The notes beneath the pieces are model-generated. The model was not told where the DNA came from and made no database searches. It saw only the letters and a list, made by a program, of their open reading frames with translations. Made by a program: the position numbers and the translations under genes. Below, in pieces: positions 57,865 to 64,000 of a stretch of 64,000 bases of DNA. Origin of the DNA: Promethearchaeota archaeon Loki_b32 (GTDB taxonomy: Archaea; Asgardarchaeota; Lokiarchaeia; Sigyniarchaeales; SOKP01); contig NJBH01000001.1 of NCBI GenBank assembly GCA_005223125.1, positions 180,495 through 244,494 of the forward strand. The letters run 5' to 3'. How positions within the stretch are numbered: position 1 is the first letter of the stretch; each line of letters opens with the position of its first letter.

Positions 57865-58722
57865 ATGGAAAAAAGAACAAACAATCTTCTTGGAATAAAA
57901 CCTGTACTTTACACGATTGTTTTTGAAATGAAAAAGCAAAAAAAGAAGTTTTATTTCTTTTTAGTAATTACTGTTTTAATTGGTATTTTATTGGGCTATA
58001 TTCTCCCTTTAATCCCTTCTTATCTTCTATCAGATACACAAGCAGAGTTTTTTAGTACTGGTTTACAATTTATTTCATTCTTAACCTTATTTGCTGCCTG
58101 TTTATTTTTCTCAGGAATTATTTGCTCTGAATTTAATAAAAAAACGGGTTTCATTGTGTTTCCTAAAGTTAACAAATATAAATTGATAGTAGGAAAATAT
58201 CTTGGAAATCTAGTTTTAGTTATTCTCATTGCTACGGTTTATTATTTTATATTAGGCCTTCTAGGATTTCTCTATTATGGAGGACCAATTAACACCCGAC
58301 TTTTCTATTCATACGCTATTGCAATATTATACGTAATTGCATTAAGCAGCTTTGTTACATTTTTTAGCTCATTCATGAAAAGCGTTAATCTAACAATTAT
58401 ATCTACTTTAATACTTCTTCTCATTGGTTTCAATATTGCAGATCAGATCGTTACATTAATATTCGCAGATAAATTTGAACCATTATACTCTCTCGCATAT
58501 TTAGGGAGCCTTATAACTGGAATACTCCAATATCCGTTTCCAGATCCGAGATACGTTGAAATATCATTTAGTGGTGAAGGTGGAGGATTTGGTCCTGCGG
58601 GACATTTTACATTTGGTCAATGGTTAACACCTACAGTTGAGATGGGAATTACACTGCTACTCATAAACATAATTGTTTTTTTCATATTAGCCGCAATACT
58701 ATTTAAACGGAGGCAATTGTAG
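57865..58722 (+). CDS. ABC-2 type transporter permease
   Basis: Six TM helices, SEFNKKTG...P...K...GK; ATG 57865 preferred. Confidence 0.88.
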   Translation: MEKRTNNLLGIKPVLYTIVFEMKKQKKKFYFFLVITVLIGILLGYILPLIPSYLLSDTQAEFFSTGLQFISFLTLFAACLFFSGIICSEFNKKTGFIVFPKVNKYKLIVGKYLGNLVLVILIATVYYFILGLLGFLYYGGPINTRLFYSYAIAILYVIALSSFVTFFSSFMKSVNLTIISTLILLLIGFNIADQIVTLIFADKFEPLYSLAYLGSLITGILQYPFPDPRYVEISFSGEGGGFGPAGHFTFGQWLTPTVEMGITLLLINIIVFFILAAILFKRRQL

Positions 58723-58724
58723 TA

Positions 58725-59693
58725 ATGAAACGATTCAAGTGCAAAACCAAGATTAGTTTATTGAGTTTATCTATATTTGCAATAATTATATTTGGAATGT
58801 TATCTACAACAGTATCTGCTAGTTTGAATTATCAAACAACTCTAATGAAAGGAACAGAAATTTTTACAGTAGATCGATACGATAACGTGAGATGGAAAAC
58901 CACAGTTAATCTATCTACCACACCTAGTGACTGGTTTGAGGGAGATACTAACTTTAAAGGTGCTCAGAGCAAAGTTACAATAAAAGGTTGGAATGACATC
59001 ACATGGCAATTCTATGATGTCTTTACAACAATATTTATGGCGGAATACTTTAGTTCCGAGGATATTTTTATACTTCTTAAAATAATGGATACAGCTGGAT
59101 ATAGCGAAACCACGATTAACGCAAATTATACCGATAATTATGATCTATGGTATGGTTTACGAGCAGTATGGAATTTCACAATCAAAGATTTTGAAGAATT
59201 ACCAAGTTATAATGATGGTGTAATGGTATTTGAAAACCCTTTAGATTTTAAAACCATTTTAGATGATTATAATAACTTAGCAGCGGATCTTAATGGAAAA
59301 ATTAGCATTCAAATAGCGGGTTATAATTTTCCAATTCTTAGCGCAGATGAATTTATTTGGCAACTTGCCCTAAATGGGTTAGCAATCGCAAAACCACAAC
59401 CGGAATATTTAACGAATCTAGTCGACGAACTTGGATGTGTAAATGTGTCATCAAGCGGAAAATCTCTTATAGTTGAGCGTTACGGGGAGACCGATTACAC
59501 AGTTGAAATATCATATGGAGAAGAAGGAACATTGTCTTCTTTATTGGTAAAAGATGTTGATGGAAATATAATATTCCAAATTGTTAGTACTAACTCAGAG
59601 TGGATATTTTACTTGATTTTAATAATTATAGCAGTTTGTGGTGTTGGATTAGTCGTTTATATAATTATTAAAAAAAGAAAACCTAAAAGATAA
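58725..59693 (+). CDS. Secreted/surface hypothetical protein with C-terminal membrane anchor
   Basis: Signal peptide, C-terminal TM followed by KKRKPKR. Confidence 0.75.
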   Translation: MKRFKCKTKISLLSLSIFAIIIFGMLSTTVSASLNYQTTLMKGTEIFTVDRYDNVRWKTTVNLSTTPSDWFEGDTNFKGAQSKVTIKGWNDITWQFYDVFTTIFMAEYFSSEDIFILLKIMDTAGYSETTINANYTDNYDLWYGLRAVWNFTIKDFEELPSYNDGVMVFENPLDFKTILDDYNNLAADLNGKISIQIAGYNFPILSADEFIWQLALNGLAIAKPQPEYLTNLVDELGCVNVSSSGKSLIVERYGETDYTVEISYGEEGTLSSLLVKDVDGNIIFQIVSTNSEWIFYLILIIIAVCGVGLVVYIIIKKRKPKR

Positions 59694-59888
59694 GTTTTTA
59701 AAATTTTTTTATTTTTTTTTGACTTTCCCGTTTTCTGTAAATCAATTTCTAAAAGTTTTAAAAGTGTTAAATTGAATTTACCATACTAATTCCAAATTTT
59801 TCAGATGAATTTAGCGAAATTCCATGAATTAGAGCATGAGATTTTTGGAAATATAAAAATCTTATCTATAATTAAATTAAGCTTTAAA

Positions 59889-60353
59889 CTAAGAATCTTT
59901 TGATTGTTTTTCACGATCTCTAATAAATTTTTTTACAGGTCGAAATATTAAATAATGCCCTTGTTGGTATGTTTTATATCCATGAACAACTTTTCCAAGC
60001 TTCGAACCGAAATAATACCAAAATAAATATGAAATGAGTAGAACGCTCGCGATTAATTCCATACCAGGTTGATGAGTAATTTGTAAATCAATTCCAAATA
60101 CTAGAAAAGAGTTCCATAAAAAGTATTTACCCTGGTTTACAGAGGAAATCTCTACCCAAGGTAGAAAATTCAACCATTTCATATCAATAATATTGAAATA
60201 TATTAATCCATCAATAGTCCATAATAATGAGAGAAAGGTGACTGCTAGAAAAACTATCCAGTCTTTATTTCGTTTACGTAAATATTTTCGATATAAATAT
60301 GAATTTATCCAGCCACCAACAAAACTTAGAATCAATCCTTCTACAAATCCCAT
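59889..60353 (-). CDS. Hypothetical membrane protein
   Basis: Three hydrophobic segments; directly follows the epimerase gene. Confidence 0.65.
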   Translation of the reverse strand: MGFVEGLILSFVGGWINSYLYRKYLRKRNKDWIVFLAVTFLSLLWTIDGLIYFNIIDMKWLNFLPWVEISSVNQGKYFLWNSFLVFGIDLQITHQPGMELIASVLLISYLFWYYFGSKLGKVVHGYKTYQQGHYLIFRPVKKFIRDREKQSKDS

Positions 60354-61484
60354 TTAATATTCACTCTCCAACCATTTATTCTTTAGATACCATTCAACGG
60401 TATCCTTAGTAGCGCTTTTATAATCTGGAAATTTAAATTTAAATCCTAAATCTTTAATTTTTTTATTTGAAAATAGATATTGATGATTCATATATCCTGC
60501 CATAGATAAATCTACAGGAGGTCTTGAATTTAATTTTCTAGCCTTTTTTTCCTTACGGCTGTTAAGCCAGAACAGAAATTTAGAAAAGAGCTTATATAAT
60601 GGCCACCATATAGGTAAATTAAAATAACCAACATTTAATAAATCAGCAACGTATTCAAGAAAATCTTCTTGAAAACATACGTCGATTACAAGATTGTAAG
60701 CTTGCCCTATAGCATTATGATTTTCGGCTAAAAATAGAGCTGCTCTGACTAAATCTTCCACATGAATTAAAGGTATGGCCAACCGCTTTTTTTTTGGATA
60801 GACATGGATTCCTGGGCCAAATCCAGATTTATTTACAATTTGAAATAAGTGAAAAATACCATAAACTTGATATGGTCCCATTATTGGGGCTGGTCGGATA
60901 ATAACTTCTTTTAATTTATAGTCATTAACATATTCTTTTAAAACCATTTCTTGTTCCATTTTACTAACACTATAATTATTGGGTGGATTGTAAGGTACTG
61001 TTTCATCAGTTGGGATTGGGTATTTTTTATTATCCTTTTTGTATTTAGGTTCTCCGTAAACCCCGCAAGTGCTCCAATGAATAAATCTTAGTTTCTCAAG
61101 ATTTTGAGTTTTACATACGATTTCTAATAAATTTCTTATACCTTCTACATTCACTTTTCTGAGAAGATTTAATGGTGCAAAATAATCGTATAGGCTAGCA
61201 GTATGGAAAATTAAATCATATTTTCTTTCCTTAAATAAGGCATAAAGGCTTTCATCATCAGTTAAATCAGAAGGAATGAACGTAATTTTCTCATTATCCA
61301 ATATTTCCGTCATATATTTGAATCGGCTGCTAAAGATAGTTTCCTTAGTCATTAAATTATTCCTTTTTTCTGGGGGTAAATCTGTAGCAATAATTTTCCA
61401 GTCTGGTTTTGATTTTAACACCTCTCTTATAAGAAATGTTCCAGTATGTCCTTTAGCTCCATCTATTAAAATTAATTTACTCAT
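60354..61484 (-). CDS. NAD-dependent epimerase/dehydratase (extended SDR)
   Basis: GAKGHTG, FHTAS, NVEG, STCGVYG, YSVSK, IHVEDL. Confidence 0.9.
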   Translation of the reverse strand: MSKLILIDGAKGHTGTFLIREVLKSKPDWKIIATDLPPEKRNNLMTKETIFSSRFKYMTEILDNEKITFIPSDLTDDESLYALFKERKYDLIFHTASLYDYFAPLNLLRKVNVEGIRNLLEIVCKTQNLEKLRFIHWSTCGVYGEPKYKKDNKKYPIPTDETVPYNPPNNYSVSKMEQEMVLKEYVNDYKLKEVIIRPAPIMGPYQVYGIFHLFQIVNKSGFGPGIHVYPKKKRLAIPLIHVEDLVRAALFLAENHNAIGQAYNLVIDVCFQEDFLEYVADLLNVGYFNLPIWWPLYKLFSKFLFWLNSRKEKKARKLNSRPPVDLSMAGYMNHQYLFSNKKIKDLGFKFKFPDYKSATKDTVEWYLKNKWLESEY

Positions 61485-61683
61485 CTAAAATCATAAAAAA
61501 TAATATTATTCTAAATAATCTAAAATGATTTGATAATTTAAATTCTAATGATTATATTCCTTCTAAAGATTGAATTTTGAAATGTATTATGGTCGTATTA
61601 TACTGAAATATTATATTGTCAAATTGTGTAAAATATAACAAAAACAATATGTTTTGAATATTAAAAGGGGTTTTATAAAAAAA

Positions 61684-61839
61684 ATGAAATTAATAACTTG
61701 TCACATTCCCGAAGCTTATCTTTCAGGAATAGAAGAGCTCGTTAACATGAACTTATATCCCAATCGTTCAGAAGTAATTCGTGTAGCAATACGTGATTTA
61801 TTAAAAACTGAACTAAGTACGCTTTTGAGGAAAGAATAA
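61684..61839 (+). CDS. Ribbon-helix-helix (CopG/CdrS-like) regulator
   Basis: MKLITCHIP...IEELV...YPNRSEVIRVAIRDLL. Confidence 0.88.
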   Translation: MKLITCHIPEAYLSGIEELVNMNLYPNRSEVIRVAIRDLLKTELSTLLRKE

Positions 61840-61918
61840 TAATCAAATTTTTTTCTCCTTTCTTTTTCATTTTCCTTGGGATTAAAATTTTATTAAGATC
61901 AATTAATTTTGTTTATTA

Positions 61919-62779
61919 ATGACTTTTTTACATAGCGATTTTGATTATATAGATTGTCATACTCACTTCTTTCCACCTCAACTATTCAAGGCAATTTGGG
62001 ATTTCTTTGAAAAACCAGATGAAAATCTTTCTACTCGAGGTTGGCCTATTAATTATAAGCTTTCCACAAACGAATTGGTGAGTTTTTTAGAAAATCATTA
62101 TGTAAAAGCTTTTACTACATATAATTATGCTCATAAGGATGGTGTTGCATATTATATTAATGAATGGGTGAATGAATTTTGTAAAAAATATAGGAATTCG
62201 ATTCCCTTCGGATGCGTTTGGCCTGAAGATAAGGATCGCAATGAATATATTAAAAAAATCTTAGACGATTATAACTTTTATGGAATAAAAATACATCCAT
62301 TAGTTCAGAATTTCTATTTAGACGATGAGAGAATGTATGAAATATATGACTTACTTGTAGATCGAGGTAAATGGCTCTGTGTTCATATTGGGACTGCACC
62401 TTATAGAAATGAATATGTTGGCTACAAGATTTTTATAAAGTTCTTAGAAAAGTTTCCCAATATGAATATAATTGTTCCTCATATGGGGGCGTTTGAATAT
62501 AGTAAATTTTTAAATCTTTTGGATAAGTATGAAAATCTTTATTTAGACACCACAATGATTTTTATACCAGACAATATATTTCCTGAAAGAAGAACCAAAA
62601 GATCAAAACCAGACATCTTAGTATCTTATCAAGATCGTATATTATTTGGCAGTGATTTTCCAAATATTCCTTATGATTATGAATATTCTACAAAGGGATT
62701 ATTAGAATTTGATTTACCAAGAGGGTTTTATGAAAAGATCTTCTATAAGAACGCTAAGCGATTATTCAATATATTATAA
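61919..62779 (+). CDS. Amidohydrolase_2 family metallohydrolase
   Basis: IDCHTH, GIKIHP, HIG, PHMG, FGSDFP, NAKRL. Confidence 0.9.
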   Translation: MTFLHSDFDYIDCHTHFFPPQLFKAIWDFFEKPDENLSTRGWPINYKLSTNELVSFLENHYVKAFTTYNYAHKDGVAYYINEWVNEFCKKYRNSIPFGCVWPEDKDRNEYIKKILDDYNFYGIKIHPLVQNFYLDDERMYEIYDLLVDRGKWLCVHIGTAPYRNEYVGYKIFIKFLEKFPNMNIIVPHMGAFEYSKFLNLLDKYENLYLDTTMIFIPDNIFPERRTKRSKPDILVSYQDRILFGSDFPNIPYDYEYSTKGLLEFDLPRGFYEKIFYKNAKRLFNIL

Positions 62780-62787
62780 TAGTCATA

Positions 62788-62925
62788 ATTCCTGAAACAT
62801 ATTTTATCGGTATAGAGGAATTAGTTAATATGAACCTGTATCCCAATCGTTCAGAAGTAATTCGCGTAGCAATACGAGATTTACTTAAAACTGAACTAAG
62901 TTCAATTTTAAGAAAAAAAGAATAA
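62788..62925 (+). pseudogene. 5'-truncated second copy of the RHH gene
   Basis: IPETYFIGIEELVNMNLYPNRSEVIRVAIRDLLKTELSSILRKKE-stop; no upstream ATG/GTG/TTG and no MKLITCH. Confidence 0.8.
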
Positions 62926-63000
62926 TATTTTTAACTTTTTCCTTCTTTTTCATTTTTAAGTTCAGTTGTAATCATTTTATTAAGTTAAAAGGTTATTTCA

Positions 63001-63492
63001 ATGAAGATAAGGCCATATATTTCACGTGATAAATTAGAATTAACTAAATTGATTGGTCATTTTAGAGTTGCATTAGCAAAATTAAAAGGAAGCGAAAGAG
63101 AGCTTGATTTGAAAGCTGCTGAAGAGGAATTAGAATTCTACCTGGAAAAAAAATACCCAACTTTTATTGCAGAAGGAGATAAGGGCAATTTATTAGGTTT
63201 TCATGTATGTAAAATACAAGATAAGATAATTTGGTCGGAATTTCTTTACGTTATTCCAGAAGAAAGGAGAAAAGGAGTTGCCTCTGCATTATTCGAGAAA
63301 GCTGAAAGTATAGCAGTGGAAATAGGTTGTGATACTGTGTATAATTGGGTACATCCGAATAATTATAGAAGTATCCCTTTTTTGAAAAAGAGGGGCTATA
63401 ATGTTCTAAATTTAATCGAAGTTTGTAAAAAAAGACCAGGAGAAAAACTTACTCAAAAGATAAAGGTTGGCAATTATGAATTTGATTATTAA
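63001..63492 (+). CDS. GNAT-family N-acetyltransferase
   Basis: LYVIPEERRKGVASAL, NYRSIPFLKKRGY. Confidence 0.92.
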   Translation: MKIRPYISRDKLELTKLIGHFRVALAKLKGSERELDLKAAEEELEFYLEKKYPTFIAEGDKGNLLGFHVCKIQDKIIWSEFLYVIPEERRKGVASALFEKAESIAVEIGCDTVYNWVHPNNYRSIPFLKKRGYNVLNLIEVCKKRPGEKLTQKIKVGNYEFDY

Positions 63493-63494
63493 CT

Positions 63495-63545
63495 TTCCAA
63501 GAAATTTATATTACGAATGCTAAGAGATTATTCAATATCTTATAA
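63495..63545 (+). pseudogene. Remnant 3' end of the amidohydrolase gene
   Basis: FQEIYITNAKRLFNIL-stop versus YEKIFYKNAKRLFNIL-stop; last 30 bp match 62750-62779 at 27 of 30 positions. Confidence 0.8.
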
Positions 63546-63676
63546 TAATGCTAAGCTTATTGCTATAACAAGCATTTTCTTCTTTTTTTTTGAGTCTCTT
63601 ACTATTTCTTGATACTATATATAATATGTAGAACTTTCCTTTATTAAGAGTAATGAGCAATATTTAGGTTGTCAGA

Positions 63677-64000
63677 ATGAGAAAAATAACAGATGCCGAT
63701 AAATTATTTTATTTCGAAAAGAATTTTTTCACTATGGATGGTTTGTGGATGTTAGAAACAGAAAAAGAAGTAGGGTGGAACACTGCTCTAAAAATTGATA
63801 GAGCTGTTTGGATTAGGCTTATGAAAATTATTTTTAAAAGAATTAAGAAGTATCTAAAGGTTGAGACAAATAGTCTAAGTGATTTAATTGATATAATTAC
63901 ATTTCGATGGTCTGTTGAAGGTTGGAAATATTCCTTTAACCAAATCTCCGAATCAGAAATCAAAATCGAAATATATGAATGTCCTTATAAATCTATAATG
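63677..64000 (+). CDS. DUF6125-like (V4R/ATC-hydrolase-related) protein, 3' end runs off the window
   Basis: Not in the ORF track. Open frame MRKITDADKLFYFEKNFFTMDGLWMLETEKEVGWNTALKIDRAVW...YECPY to the window end. Confidence 0.75.
   Translation, partial: MRKITDADKLFYFEKNFFTMDGLWMLETEKEVGWNTALKIDRAVWIRLMKIIFKRIKKYLKVETNSLSDLIDIITFRWSVEGWKYSFNQISESEIKIEIYECPYKSIM

Noticed and set aside
61684-61839. Calling the RHH gene cdrS
   Set aside because: The PNRSE motif is shared, but no ftsZ or other division gene is adjacent.
63709-63963. 84-aa minus-strand ORF in the track
   Set aside because: Shadow of the plus-strand DUF6125-like gene that starts at 63677 and runs off the window.

Overview
AT-rich, gene-dense archaeal chromosome segment. 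Gene content and protein style suggest an Asgard archaeon, probably Lokiarchaeia (inference). I found no rRNA, tRNA, CRISPR array or transposase. Main blocks: (1) MEMO1, coiled-coil, PfkB and membrane hydrolase genes plus a tRNA splicing endonuclease. (2) A divergent A/V-type ATPase operon, K-C-H-F-E-A-B-D-I, extended by a membrane zinc-ribbon gene and a second full-length A subunit whose catalytic-site Arg is Pro (GERGNE to GEPGNE); subunits D and E appear to start at ATA/ATT. (3) DUF47 plus two VIT1/CCC1-like transporters. (4) A 2-hydroxyacyl-CoA dehydratase-type radical system with a duplicated subunit. (5) GH13 and amino-sugar genes (GlmU-like, glmS, nagB, glmM). (6) An alkyl-DHAP-synthase-like flavoprotein, CCG Fe-S protein and FGGY kinase operon. 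(7) purC-purS-purQ-purL plus a motif-degenerate purF. (8) Receptor-like membrane proteins: CBS-4TM, an RGG/TM/ectodomain/TM/double zinc ribbon protein, and an FG-GAP propeller with about 7 TM. (9) PadR-Hsp20 and PadR-ABC modules. (10) A terminal RHH, amidohydrolase, GNAT region. Five short gene stubs missed by the ORF track lie in intergenic regions; four are diverged copies of ends of nearby intact genes, suggesting repeated gene capture or allele replacement at gene termini.
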